64,000 bases of DNA from an uncultured delta proteobacterium (GCA_963803435.1 CAWDML010000003.1:224001-288000); one strand, 5' to 3'. Shown: positions 1 through 13,029, counted from the stretch's first letter. The notes: a model not told the origin generated them from the sequence alone. A program made the numbers and translations.

Positions 1-54
1 ATGATTTGAGGTGCATTTCCAGGCGGTGCGCGGCCTTGGTAGAGTGGCCGGGTC

Positions 55-501
55 ATGATCGAGGACGACCCTACCGAGGATGATCATCCCGTCGTCACGA
101 AGGTCGTGGGCTGGCTGGAGGTCGAGGACGAATGCTACGTCCTGAGCGAGCGCGCCCAGAGCGAGCTGGTCCGAGAGCTCGACCTGCTCCTCGACTCCTG
201 GGGCCTCCCGCTCGCCGTCGACGGCCTGCTCCGCCTGGCGCACGTCCTCGAGGCCGAGTGGGGCTCGCCTCAGGCCGCGGTCGCCATCTGTGAGGCCCTC
301 GAGCGCGACACGATCCTGGACGGCCTGCGGGCCCTCGCGCAGCAGGCGCGCGAGCAGCTGGAGGCCTCCGCCGACAGCGCCGCCGCCGAGCCCTTCCGCC
401 AGTTCACCGACAGCACGGCCAAGACGGCGCCCAAGGTCGGTGAGACCCCGCCCGAGGGGGCCGTGAAGCTCGACGCCTTCAAGTCCCGCCGGCGCGTTTG
501 A
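55..501 (+). CDS. Hypothetical acidic protein, APKVG-tail family member A
   Basis: 148-aa ORF with host-like codon usage; C-terminus PFRQFTDSTAKTAPKVGETPPEGAVKLDAFKSRRRV matches the tails of 3053-3532 and 3942-4430; TAGAGT at 40-45 upstream. Confidence 0.8.
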   Translation: MIEDDPTEDDHPVVTKVVGWLEVEDECYVLSERAQSELVRELDLLLDSWGLPLAVDGLLRLAHVLEAEWGSPQAAVAICEALERDTILDGLRALAQQAREQLEASADSAAAEPFRQFTDSTAKTAPKVGETPPEGAVKLDAFKSRRRV

Positions 502-542
502 CTTGACTCCCCCCCGCCGCTGGCCCTACTAGCTCGGCCCCT

Positions 543-857
543 ATGTATGCTGTCGTGAAGACAGGTGGAAAGCAGCACCGGGTCCGCGAAGGCGATCTGG
601 TGCGCGTCGAAAAGCTTTCGGGCGACGTCGGCGCGAAGGTCACCTTGAATGAAGTCTTGATGGTGGGCGGCGAAGGCGCCACCCAGATCGGTACGCCGCT
701 CCTCTCGGGCGCGACGGTCGAGGCCGAGATTGTCAAGCAGGGCCTCGCGAAGAAGATCTTGGTGTTCAAGATGAAGCGCCGCAAGAACTATCACCGGCGC
801 TACGGGCATCGTCAGCCGTTCACCCACCTCATGATCACCAAGATCGCGACCCCGTAG
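543..857 (+). CDS. rplU: 50S ribosomal protein L21
   Basis: [14 protein letters not shown]...[17 protein letters not shown] signature; precedes rpmA and obgE. Confidence 0.98.
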   Translation: MYAVVKTGGKQHRVREGDLVRVEKLSGDVGAKVTLNEVLMVGGEGATQIGTPLLSGATVEAEIVKQGLAKKILVFKMKRRKNYHRRYGHRQPFTHLMITKIATP

Positions 858-868
858 GAGACAGTGAA

Positions 869-2529
<1,661 letters not shown>

Positions 2530-2668
2530 GGCTGCGTCATGTTACCGCCTGCATCCGCGGTGCGCGCCCAGGCGAAGTGGGAAGGTGACAATGTGGGTAG
2601 ATCTATTCAACGAGTCCCCATAGGCCTACCGCGCCCCACATAAGTCATGGAAATAGCTCTCTTTTTCC

Positions 2669-2696
2669 CGCAACAGGCGGCCCCTGGACCCGATAA
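2669..2696 (+). promoter_or_regulatory. Alternative-sigma (sigma28/FliA-like) promoter candidate, copy 1
   Basis: CGCAAC-N12-GACCCGATAA ending 9 nt before the ATG at 2706; same motif and spacing at 3588-3615; CCGATAA resembles the FliA -10 GCCGATAA. Confidence 0.55.
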
Positions 2697-2705
2697 ATCA
2701 GAGCG

Positions 2706-3017
2706 ATGTTCGGAATCCACCTCAGCAACTTCATTCCGGGTCTCAACACGGTCAAGGGCGTCCTCGGCGGCGTCGGCAAGCTCCTCAGCGGCGATCCCGT
2801 CGGTGCGATCAAGTCCGTGGGGAAGGGGCTTTCGAACGACTGGCTGGTGGGCCTCGTGTTCCCGCCGGCGCTGGCAGCGCAAGGTGTCGCCATGGGCATG
2901 GACCTTTTGGGCGCGTTCGGTCCGGATCAGCAGGAGGGGAGTGGCCGCCAGCAGGAGGCGACGCAGTACTCGCAGCAGCAGCTCGCGACCCCGCAGGGCC
3001 CCAACATCGGCTGGTAA
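2706..3017 (+). CDS. Small Gly-rich amphipathic protein with Gln-rich tail (putative secreted or membrane-active peptide)
   Basis: 103 aa; GVLGGVGKLLSGDPVGAIKSVGKGLS amphipathic segment, hydrophobic stretch, Q-rich C-terminus; GC3-rich codons. Confidence 0.7.
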   Translation: MFGIHLSNFIPGLNTVKGVLGGVGKLLSGDPVGAIKSVGKGLSNDWLVGLVFPPALAAQGVAMGMDLLGAFGPDQQEGSGRQQEATQYSQQQLATPQGPNIGW

Positions 3018-3046
3018 TTGCGCCCGCCGGGCCTGTTGCCTAGAGT
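3018..3046 (+). promoter_or_regulatory. sigma70-type promoter, probably leaderless, for 3053-3532
   Basis: TTGCGC (3018-3023)-N17-TAGAGT (3041-3046), 6 nt before the GTG start. Confidence 0.55.
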
Positions 3047-3052
3047 CGGAGA

Positions 3053-3532
3053 GTGGCGAAGCGAAGTTTCGGACGGGCGCTCGACCGGCTCCTCACACGA
3101 AAGAACCCGGACGGCACCTTCAAGTACTCGGCGAAGGACGTCCACGCGCTGCGCGGGATGCTCCTGGTGGAGATCGCCCGTCGCGGCGAAGCCGACCAGC
3201 TCTCCGACGCCTCCAAGGTCGAGCTCCTCCTCACCCTCGAGCTCATCGGGATCAGCGCCCAGACCAGCCCTGAGGCCGTCACACCGATGGTCTTGAAGTA
3301 CTTCCGCAGTCTCGATGTCAATCCCGGTCTCATCGAGGAGTTCGTGAAGATGATCGGGCTCCTCCAGAAGGGAAAGGACCGCGTCGAGGCCGTCGCGGAT
3401 ACCTCGAAGACCTACGACAAGATGATGGAGAAGGAGCCGGTCAAGGCCCCGAAGGCCGGCGATCCGGTCCCGGAGGACGCCGAGCACGCCCAGACCCTCA
3501 CCCTGAACTTGGGGGGCAAGGTGCGCATATGA
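3053..3532 (+). CDS. Hypothetical protein, APKVG-tail family member B
   Basis: 159 aa, predicted helical; tail YDKMMEKEPVKAPKAGDPVPEDAEHAQTLTLNLGGKVRI. Confidence 0.8.
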   Translation: MAKRSFGRALDRLLTRKNPDGTFKYSAKDVHALRGMLLVEIARRGEADQLSDASKVELLLTLELIGISAQTSPEAVTPMVLKYFRSLDVNPGLIEEFVKMIGLLQKGKDRVEAVADTSKTYDKMMEKEPVKAPKAGDPVPEDAEHAQTLTLNLGGKVRI

Positions 3533-3587
3533 ACGCACATCATATGACATAAGCTCACACAATCACTGGAGATTTCGGGAAGAATCT

Positions 3588-3615
3588 CGCAACTCGATCG
3601 GGCGAGACGCGATAA
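3588..3615 (+). promoter_or_regulatory. Alternative-sigma (sigma28/FliA-like) promoter candidate, copy 2
   Basis: CGCAAC-N12-GACGCGATAA upstream of 3664; followed by a small hairpin (CCGTC-GGA-GACGG) and an AGGAGG RBS at 3651-3656. Confidence 0.55.
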
Positions 3616-3663
3616 GAGAGAAGGCCGTCGGAGACGGTCCCAGATTCCGTAGGAGGAAACATC

Positions 3664-3879
3664 ATGTCAGGACTTTTGGCGAACGTTGGTAAGGCTCTCG
3701 TAGGCAGCTTCATCAAGAAGGAAAGTGTCAACATCCTCGGCCGTCAGGTGGCAGCGACGACGCTCCACAAGGTCGCCGGCGGCGCGACGCTGGCCCTCGC
3801 GGGCAAGGGTGCCCTCGACGTGGTGTCCCCGTCGCAGCAGGGGTACGGCCAGTGGCGCGGTGGTGCTTACGGGCGTTGA
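3664..3879 (+). CDS. Small cationic Gly/Ala-rich amphipathic peptide
   Basis: 71 aa with strong AGGAGG RBS; MSGLLANVGKALVGSFIKK amphipathic helix, AGGATLALAGKGAL zipper, QQGYGQW tail. Confidence 0.75.
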   Translation: MSGLLANVGKALVGSFIKKESVNILGRQVAATTLHKVAGGATLALAGKGALDVVSPSQQGYGQWRGGAYGR

Positions 3880-3941
3880 TGTAAGCTTTTGAACGCATCT
3901 CCGCTTGTGAGCGCCGCCTCTTCGATGGCAGACTTCAAGCG

Positions 3942-4430
3942 ATGACCGATCCTCAGATCAAGATCCCTCCAGGCTTCGATCTCGCGAAAGAGATGGAGAA
4001 ACTCCATCCGATCGTCCTCGACGTGTGCCTCCACCTCACCGAGGACGGCGACGTGGAGCCGGAGGGGATCGAAGGCCTCAAGAAGGGGCTCCTCGAGCTC
4101 AAGGATTCGGAGGGGTTCATCGTCGCTGTCGAAGAGCTGCTTCGCACGTGTTATCAATGGGATACCTTTCCCATCGGCGTGGATGGCGAGTGCACCTACC
4201 AGCCCGCGGCCAAGGCGGTCCTGGCGGTGCTGAACTCGGCCGAGATCCAAAGGGTCTACCACGAGGCCGGTACCGAGATGGCCCATGAGCACGGCGAGGA
4301 GCGCGCCAAGCTCGGTAACAAGTTTGCCGAGTTCAAGGATCAGGACGCGCCCAAGGCCCCGAAGGTCGGCGAAGAGAAGCCGGAAGGCGCCGTCGATCTG
4401 AACGCGCTCAAGTTCCCCAAGCGCCTCTAG
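3942..4430 (+). CDS. Hypothetical acidic protein, APKVG-tail family member C
   Basis: 162 aa; tail KFAEFKDQDAPKAPKVGEEKPEGAVDLNALKFPKRL; TTGTGA-N18-CAGACT ends 7 nt before the ATG. Confidence 0.8.
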   Translation: MTDPQIKIPPGFDLAKEMEKLHPIVLDVCLHLTEDGDVEPEGIEGLKKGLLELKDSEGFIVAVEELLRTCYQWDTFPIGVDGECTYQPAAKAVLAVLNSAEIQRVYHEAGTEMAHEHGEERAKLGNKFAEFKDQDAPKAPKVGEEKPEGAVDLNALKFPKRL

Positions 4431-4453
4431 CCCCTTTCGCCTCGCCCCAGCGC

Positions 4454-4858
4454 TCAGGCCTTGCGGTCGACGGCGTCGAGCCGGGCCCTGGCCCGCTCCA
4501 TCTGAAACCGCCGGGCGTCGTAGTCCGGATCGTTCGGTCCCAGCTTTTCGAGCTTGGCCTCGGCCTCCGAGAGGGTCTTGCGGGCGCGCTCGACGTCGAT
4601 GGCCGAGGCCGGCTCGCAGGACGCGGTCAGGACGGTCACCGTATCTGCGTCCACCTCGGCGAAGCCGGAGCTGACCGCGTAGAAGCTCTTCTTGCCGCCC
4701 TTCACCACCGTCAGGACGCCCGGGCGGAGCGCCGTGATCAGGGGGATGTGTCCCGGCAGCAGGCCAATCTCGCCGTTCCTACCGGGCGCCACCACCTCGT
4801 CGCACTCGACACCGAGCACGTCTCGGTCGGGCGTCACGACGGAGAGCTGGATGGGCAT
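4454..4858 (-). CDS. atpC: F0F1 ATP synthase subunit epsilon
   Basis: VVTPDR, GEIGLLPGHIPLIT, SSGFAEV, IDVERAR; directly downstream of atpD. Confidence 0.96.
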   Translation of the reverse strand: MPIQLSVVTPDRDVLGVECDEVVAPGRNGEIGLLPGHIPLITALRPGVLTVVKGGKKSFYAVSSGFAEVDADTVTVLTASCEPASAIDVERARKTLSEAEAKLEKLGPNDPDYDARRFQMERARARLDAVDRKA

Positions 4859-4860
4859 AC

Positions 4861-6399
<1,539 letters not shown>

Positions 6400-8022
6400 C
6401 TAAAGACCGGCCATTCTCAGGATGTGCTCGGCGGTCGAGGTCGTCGACGCGACCAGCTGGAAGAGGCCCTTGTTCATGCCGTCGAAGATGAAGATCGGGT
6501 AGACGCCGAGGATAATGGTCCCGAGGACGAGCGGGTAGAGGGTGAGCCGCTCGCGCATCGTGAGCGGCGAGAGGACGGCCTCCCACGCATTGTTGTACTT
6601 GCCCAGGAAGACGCGCTGCATGGTCCACAGATAGTACGCCGCGGTGATGATCACGCTGCTGACCGAGACCATGGTGATGAGCTGGAAGCGCTGGAACGAG
6701 CCGAGGAAGACCAAGGCCTCGCCGACGAACCCGGCCAGCCCGGGGAGGCCCAGGGAGGCGAAGAACGCGAGCCCGGTGATCCCAGCGTACTCCGGCATCC
6801 GCTGCGCCAGGCCGCCGAAGGCTTCGACGTCGCGGGTGTGGGCTCGGTCGTAGATCACGCCCACCACCAGGAAGAGGAGGGGCGAGACGATGCCGTGCGA
6901 GATCATCTGGAAGTACGCACCGGCCATCCCTTGATCGGTGAGGGCGGCGAAGCCCAGCAACACGAAGCCCATGTGGCTGACCGAGGAGTAGGCGATGATC
7001 TTCTTGAGGTCCTTCTGCGCCAGGCACACGAAGGCCGCGTACACGATGTTGATCATCCCGAAGACGGCCATGCCGTCGCTGGCCCAGAGCGTGGCGTCGG
7101 GCAGGATCTGGAAGTTGAAGCGGAGGATGCCGTAGGTGCCCATCTTGAGGAGCACGCCGGCCAGGATCGCGGAGACCGGGGTGGGGGCCTCGACGTGGGC
7201 GTCCGGCAACCAGGTATGGAACGGGAACATCGGCACCTTGATGGCGAAGCCGATGAAGAGCGCGATCCAGAGGACCTTGGTGAACTTGAGGCCGAGGATG
7301 GGCGCTTGCGATGCCCAGTGACCCTCGGTCGCGAGCGCCTGGAGGTACGGGATGTTGAAGGTGTGGCTGGCCCAGGATCCGTCGGCGCGCTTGAAGCCCA
7401 GGATGCCGTGCGCGTTCTGGGTGACGAAGTCCGGGAACCGCTCGGCCAGCGGGGCGGCGCTGCTGCCGTAGTAGAGCGCGATCATGCAGAGGAGCATGAA
7501 GACCGAGCCGGCCAGGGTGTAGAGGAAGAACTTGATCGCCGCGTACTCCTTCCGCGGCCCGCCCCAGATGCCGATGAGGAAGTACATCGGCAAGAGCATG
7601 ATCTCCCAGAAGATGTAGAACAGGAAGAAGTCGAGTCCGACGAACACGCCGTACATCCCGGCGTTGAGCAGCAGGTACATGGCCCAATAGCCGCGGATGC
7701 TCTTCTCGATGGACAGGCTCGACAGGGCAGCGATGAAGCCGATGACGCCAGTGATGATGACCATCCAGAAGCTGATCTGGTCGACGCCGACGAAGTACTC
7801 GATGTTGAACGAGTCGATCCAGAGGATGCGGGTCACCATCTGGGGCGCGGTGTTGGCGAAGTCGAAGCGGAACCAAACGCCGACGCACAGGAGGAGGTTG
7901 ATCCCCATCGACGTGACGCCGAGGCCGCGGACCAGTTCCTTCCTTCCCGACGGGACCAGCGCGATCGCGACGGCGAACACCAGCGGCAGGAAGATGAGCA
8001 AAGTCAGGTAAAGGCCACCCAT
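6400..8022 (-). CDS. nuoM: NADH-quinone oxidoreductase subunit M (stand-alone copy)
   Basis: FYIFWEIMLLPMY, AAIKFFLYT, KVPMFPFHTWLPDAHVEAPT, LLKMGTYG, IAYSSVSHMG. Confidence 0.92.
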   Translation of the reverse strand: MGGLYLTLLIFLPLVFAVAIALVPSGRKELVRGLGVTSMGINLLLCVGVWFRFDFANTAPQMVTRILWIDSFNIEYFVGVDQISFWMVIITGVIGFIAALSSLSIEKSIRGYWAMYLLLNAGMYGVFVGLDFFLFYIFWEIMLLPMYFLIGIWGGPRKEYAAIKFFLYTLAGSVFMLLCMIALYYGSSAAPLAERFPDFVTQNAHGILGFKRADGSWASHTFNIPYLQALATEGHWASQAPILGLKFTKVLWIALFIGFAIKVPMFPFHTWLPDAHVEAPTPVSAILAGVLLKMGTYGILRFNFQILPDATLWASDGMAVFGMINIVYAAFVCLAQKDLKKIIAYSSVSHMGFVLLGFAALTDQGMAGAYFQMISHGIVSPLLFLVVGVIYDRAHTRDVEAFGGLAQRMPEYAGITGLAFFASLGLPGLAGFVGEALVFLGSFQRFQLITMVSVSSVIITAAYYLWTMQRVFLGKYNNAWEAVLSPLTMRERLTLYPLVLGTIILGVYPIFIFDGMNKGLFQLVASTTSTAEHILRMAGL

Positions 8023-8083
8023 CGGATCGCGGCGCTCTTACCGCCCCATGGTGGGAGGAAGCAACTGAGTTTAGAGTCCGGCC

Positions 8084-8611
8084 ATGAAGATCGAGGCGGA
8101 CGCACGGATATCGTTCTCGCGAGCGCTCGTGTTCGAGACGTACCGGGATCGCCTACCCGAGCTGGTGCCGTATCTGCCCAACATCAAGCGGATCACCGTC
8201 CAGAAGCGAGACGACGACGCCGGCACCAGCCGCCTCCTGAACCTGTGGGAGGCGAAGGGCGAGATCCCGAAGGTGGCGCAGACGATCATCAAGCCCGAGA
8301 TGGTCGCCTGGGACGACCACGCGTTTTGGAACCAGAACGACTGGACCTGCGAGTGGCGGACCGAGCCGAAGATGTTCACCGAGAACATCCGCTGCGCCGG
8401 GAAGAACCGCTACCTCGAGGACGGTGACCACACGATCCTGGAGATCCGCGGCGATCTCGAGATCGATCTCAAGGGCGTGCGGGGGGTGCCGAGCTTCCTG
8501 GCGTCCCGCGTGGCCCCCCACGTGGAGCGGTTCATCGTCGACCTGCTGCGCCCGAACCTGGTGTCGGTGGCGGACGGGCTGGAGAAGTTCCTCCAGGATA
8601 CCCGGGGGTAG
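8084..8611 (+). CDS. START/SRPBCC-like (DUF2505-type) protein
   Basis: 175 aa with an alpha/beta pattern typical of START-fold proteins; TAGAGT 6 nt upstream of the ATG. Confidence 0.6.
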   Translation: MKIEADARISFSRALVFETYRDRLPELVPYLPNIKRITVQKRDDDAGTSRLLNLWEAKGEIPKVAQTIIKPEMVAWDDHAFWNQNDWTCEWRTEPKMFTENIRCAGKNRYLEDGDHTILEIRGDLEIDLKGVRGVPSFLASRVAPHVERFIVDLLRPNLVSVADGLEKFLQDTRG

Positions 8612-8618
8612 GTGCGCC

Positions 8619-9204
8619 TCAGCGCCAGCAATCCCGCGGAGCGAACCCAAAGCCATACCGGGGCTCGCTCGGCTCCGGCGCGGGCTCGGAGACGGCGGCG
8701 CGGGGGCCGGGGGGGCCGCTGGCGGCGGCGTGGTCGACCGGTCCGCGGCCGAGGGACTTGGTGGCGGCGCGGATCAGGGCCTCGCGGACGTCGGGATCGC
8801 GGATGTGCGCGGCCCAGGTCGAGAGGTCCTCCTGCTGCTTGGGCGTGAGGGGCCGGAGCTTCGGCCTCTCGACCTCCTTCTTCGCGACGTTTCCGAGGCG
8901 CAGCCGGAATCTCGCGGATGCGCGTCTTGCCCAGCATTCTATTCAAACGATCGAGGATCTGCCGCTGGAGGAGCGCGAGCTCGGTCATCCAGGTGCTCTC
9001 GCAGACGCTGAGGGTCAGGACGCCGCGGCGGAGCAGGACGGGCTCCGCGTAGTCGGTGATCGGGGGGCCGATCCGCTGGAAGGCGGCGAAGACCTCGAGG
9101 GCGCGGGCCTGCTGGACCTGATCCTTGGTCGCTTCGCGCCGGGAGAGCAGCTTGGCGACGACCTCGGCGACCGCCGTCGGCTTGCTCCTGGGCCGCCGCT
9201 TCAC
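8619..9204 (-). CDS. DUF721/DciA-family protein (single-base frameshift at 8907-8911, likely sequence error)
   Basis: AEPVLLRRGVLTLSVCESTWMTELALLQRQILDRLN is DciA-like; deleting one base at GATTC gives IRLRLG... to a stop at 8619-8621 (194 aa). Confidence 0.7.
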
Positions 9205-9216
9205 CGGCCGAGCCTA

Positions 9217-10261
9217 TCACGGGGTGAGGAGCACCTGCTTTTCCTTCTTCTGCTTGCCGGTCAGGTGCGTGACCACCCAGAATCACGAGGGCGGAGACGA
9301 TCGGGCCGATGAAGATCCCGGCCGGGCCCATCATCGCGAGGCCGCCGAAGATCCCGAGCATGGCCATCAGCGGGTGCATCTGTCCCTCGAAGCTCTGGAC
9401 GAACGGACGGACGAAGTTGTCGGAGAGCCCGATGATGACGGCGGCGATCAGCATGCCGACGGTGGCGCCAATCCGCCCGTTCGCGGCGAGATAGAGGGCG
9501 GCGCCGAGGGTCACCGGACCGGTGCCCACCACCGGGACCAGCGAGAGGAAGCCGGCGATCACGCCAAAGAGTGTGGCGCCCGGGACACGGAAGATGTGGA
9601 GCGCGAGCAGCGCCTCGGCCCCCTGGACGAAGGCGACGGCGACGGTTCCCAGGATGGCCCCGCGCACGGTGCTGAGGACGGAGCGAAAGAGGCTGCGCGT
9701 CTCGTCCTCGGAGAAGGGGGAGAGGACCTCCAGCCGCTCCCCGAGGTCGCCGCCGTCGCGAAGGAAGAAGTACAGCGCCACCACGAAGAGGAAGATGTCG
9801 ATGATCGTGGCCGGCACCGAGCTGAGGAGGCGGCTGAGGAAGCCGGCGATGGTGGTGCCGGCGCGCTGGACCAGCTCGGTCCCCGTCCGCTCGATGTTGC
9901 CGACCGGGACCCCGACGGCCTCTGCGAGATCCCGGAGGTGGCTGAGGATCGAGCTCTGGAGCTGACCCACATCGCCGGCGTCGAGATGCGACAGGAAGGT
10001 GTTGATCGAGACGACCGCCTGCGTCGCGACGGCCGTCAGGGGCAGGACGACCAGGACCAGCGCGCCGGTCGTGATCACGATCGGGCTCAGCCGCCGCGCC
10101 CGCCCGAGCTCCCGGGAGAGGCGCACCTGGAGCGGATAGAGGAGGAGGGCGAAGAGGCCGCCCAGGGCGACCGGGACCAACAGGGTTCGCACCATCCAGA
10201 GGAAGAGCGCGGTCACGGACAGGACGAGGATCGTCCGCGCGCGGCCGGATCCCGACGCCAT
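9217..10261 (-). CDS. AI-2E/PerM family transporter (frameshift near C-terminus at 9280-9284)
   Basis: Multi-TM protein with YFFLRDG, DNFVRP, GIFGGL..GPAGIFIGP motifs; one-base repair gives ...ALVIWVVTHLTGKQKKEKQVLLTP*. Confidence 0.88.
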
Positions 10262-10456
10262 GGCTTTCAGGGAAGCAACGAATATGCCGGAAATTCAACG
10301 AGAACCAAACCATCCGCCGGTCGGTCGGTTGACCCCTCTCACGGACCCACGGTAACAGACGCCCCCACACACGCTCGATCCGGACGGGGCCGCCGGGGGA
10401 GAGCCAGCGAAACATTCATACATTTCGGGAGCTCAATTCGCATGGTGACAGGATTC

Positions 10457-12766
10457 ATGAAAGCCTATCGACTCGTTCCCCTTGGGTTCTTGGGGCTCTT
10501 CGCCCTCGCCGCCGGTTGCTCGGGCAACAAGGACGGCGACGACCAAGCCGGCACGTGCAAATACAACGATCCCGCTGCGGGCGAAGACTGTGCGAGCTGC
10601 CAGAAGCTCAACGAGTGCTGCGCGTTCAGCATCAACTGCCCGGCCGGGGCGATCTGCAACGCGGCGACCGACGCGTTGTACGACAGCACCAAGACCGAGT
10701 TCACGTGCATCCAGGTGGTCTGCGAAGGGGACGGCGATTGCGACGCGCCCAAGACCTGCAGCCTGGAGAAGCTGTGCAAGCCGCCGATCTGCCAGACGCA
10801 CGACCAGTGTCCGGGCGGTCAGCGCTGTCTGTCCGGTACCTGCCAGCCGGCCCCGAACGTCGATGACGTCGACACCTGCGAGATCGTGAGCCGCTCCACG
10901 GCGCTGCGCCAGGGCGCGACCCTCGAGCTCGCCGCGGTGGCGCGGAACGCCAACGGCGCGGTGCTGCCGACAATCGAGTTCGACTGGACCTCCAGCAACC
11001 CGAACGTGGTCGCCGTCGCCGGCAACGTGGCCACCGGCGGGACCGAGCTCGGCACCAGCCAGCTCACCGCCGCGGTCTCCGGCAAGCCCGAGGTCACCTG
11101 CAGCGGTAGCGTCGGTCTCACCAACTTCCCCACCGTCCCGCAGGGGATGGCGCGCGTGGTGCTCGTCGCCGACGACGACGGCACGCCGGTCCGTGAGGCG
11201 ACGGTCATCTTCGAGGCCGGCGGCACCTTCACCGCCACCACCGGCGCCGAGGGCGGCGCCACCGTCCCGGTCGCGGGCGCGATCCAGTCGGTCACCGTGA
11301 TCAAGGAGGGCTGGCAGTTCGTCTCGGTGCTCTCGCCGGCGACCAACGACATCTTCATCCCGCTGCCCCGCGTCCCCGACGAGACCGTCGCCGGCGGCTT
11401 CCGCGGCAAGGTCGACCTCTCGGCCACCAAGAAGGCCGACATCCGCCTCGGCATCGCCGGGCCCGCGATCCCCTCGAACCTGCTCGATTTCGGCCTCGAT
11501 GCGCTGATCGGCGACTCGGTCCCGACGGTCATCGACGCCCCCGAGCTCGGCCTCGACATGCAGAACGTCGACCTGCCCGGCGGCGTGATGCTGGGCCTCG
11601 GCGCCAAGAACTTCACGGCGGACGGCGCGGGCCTGCGCTGCCAGGGCGAGACCGTGGGCGACAAGGAGCTCGGATGCTTCCTGGCCCGCTCGCCGAAGGG
11701 TCCGTCCGCGGGCTGGGTGCTCGCCGGTCAGCTGAAGCTGTCGGACGTCACCTCGATCGCGAACGAGCTCTCGAACGTGCTCGGCGGCGACAGCGGCGAC
11801 ATCAACATCGGCAGCATCCTGACTGCGGTGCTCCCCCTGATCCGCGGCCTCAACCACGGTGTGCTGGCGTCGCTCGACGTCGAGGACTTCAACAAGGTCC
11901 ACACCGAGACCGGCGCGGGCGACTGCACGGATCCGAACCTGCCGAACTACAACGACAACTGCCGCGCCGACTTCAGCAAGTATCAGGTGGCGGACATGGC
12001 GGCCTCGCAGAGCCTGGCCGTGCTGTCGCGGGTCTCGGTTCCGAACCTCCCGCAGCTCCCCGGTGGTACCGGCTGCGCCGCCGGCGCGATCCTGCTGACC
12101 GGCGTCAACCTGGAAGGTCGCGGCCTGGTGCCGCTCGGTCTCACCGCGGGCGTCGACGTCCTCGACGACGAGCCGGCCGACTGCAAGGTCGGCGGGGTGG
12201 AGAAGCCGTTCGGCGACAACTCTCCCGACCTGCCCGACGGCGTCATGCCGCTGTCGATGGCGCCGCCGCACTCGGGTGTCGAGGGCAGCCAGCTGTTCAT
12301 GCTGCTCCTGGCCCTGGACCCGAACTCGATCGGCGGCAACGCCGGCTTCCAGCTGTCGGCCATCGTCAACCGCGTCGACAACGTCGCGGAGGAGCAGACC
12401 ATCACGGGCAGCTACCTGCCGTTCCCGTCCGGCACCGTCAGCAAGGCGAGCGCACAGATCGCGCTCAACTCGGCCATCACCGGGGCGGCCCTGGCTCGGG
12501 TCGAGCTCCAGGACGGCGACGACACCTGGTTGGTCTATGCGCCGGGCGACTCGACCACCATCACGCTGCCGACGGTGGCGCGGGCCCGCCAGATCGTGAC
12601 CGGTCTGGACAACGCCTACCTGCTCGGGATGGGGATGGACGGAACGTATCAGGACGTCTGGACGTTCGGCTCCGGCAAGACGCTCAACCGCATGTTCTAC
12701 ACCGCGAAGAGCTTCGTGATTCAGCAGTGCTCCACCACCGCCGGATCGCCTTGCACCATTCAGTGA
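10457..12766 (+). CDS. Large Cys-rich lipoprotein with Ig-like (Big_2-type) domain
   Basis: MKAYRLVPLGFLGLFALAAGC lipobox; Cys-rich N-terminal region; FDWTSSNPNVVAV Ig-like motif; the real start lies inside the 9125 ORF. Confidence 0.8.
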   Translation: MKAYRLVPLGFLGLFALAAGCSGNKDGDDQAGTCKYNDPAAGEDCASCQKLNECCAFSINCPAGAICNAATDALYDSTKTEFTCIQVVCEGDGDCDAPKTCSLEKLCKPPICQTHDQCPGGQRCLSGTCQPAPNVDDVDTCEIVSRSTALRQGATLELAAVARNANGAVLPTIEFDWTSSNPNVVAVAGNVATGGTELGTSQLTAAVSGKPEVTCSGSVGLTNFPTVPQGMARVVLVADDDGTPVREATVIFEAGGTFTATTGAEGGATVPVAGAIQSVTVIKEGWQFVSVLSPATNDIFIPLPRVPDETVAGGFRGKVDLSATKKADIRLGIAGPAIPSNLLDFGLDALIGDSVPTVIDAPELGLDMQNVDLPGGVMLGLGAKNFTADGAGLRCQGETVGDKELGCFLARSPKGPSAGWVLAGQLKLSDVTSIANELSNVLGGDSGDINIGSILTAVLPLIRGLNHGVLASLDVEDFNKVHTETGAGDCTDPNLPNYNDNCRADFSKYQVADMAASQSLAVLSRVSVPNLPQLPGGTGCAAGAILLTGVNLEGRGLVPLGLTAGVDVLDDEPADCKVGGVEKPFGDNSPDLPDGVMPLSMAPPHSGVEGSQLFMLLLALDPNSIGGNAGFQLSAIVNRVDNVAEEQTITGSYLPFPSGTVSKASAQIALNSAITGAALARVELQDGDDTWLVYAPGDSTTITLPTVARARQIVTGLDNAYLLGMGMDGTYQDVWTFGSGKTLNRMFYTAKSFVIQQCSTTAGSPCTIQ

Positions 12767-12807
12767 GGCTTGCCTCGTCCGCGGCACCGACCTCAAGCTG
12801 AGGCTCG

Positions 12808-13029
12808 GTGCCGCGCTTTGTCTCTTACCTCGTCACTCTCGTCGCCGTGATCGCCCTGTTCTCGTCGGGCGGCTACGTCCTGGCGCGCTGGTCCGAGCTG
12901 GACAGCCTCGTGATGATCATGGGCTACACGCTCGAGTACTCCCTCTACATTCTGGCGTTTTGCGCCGCCTACGCGATCTTCGTGGGCGTGTACCACACCT
13001 TTCTCTCGGTCACCGGCCTCGACGAATGA
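12808..13029 (+). CDS. Small two-TM membrane protein
   Basis: 73 aa, two hydrophobic segments; stop overlaps the next start (ATGA). Confidence 0.65.
   Translation: MPRFVSYLVTLVAVIALFSSGGYVLARWSELDSLVMIMGYTLEYSLYILAFCAAYAIFVGVYHTFLSVTGLDE

Noticed and set aside
9125-10456. N-terminal ~440 aa of the 1213-aa ORF
   Set aside because: Antisense to the AI-2E transporter; the real lipoprotein starts near 10457 with a signal peptide
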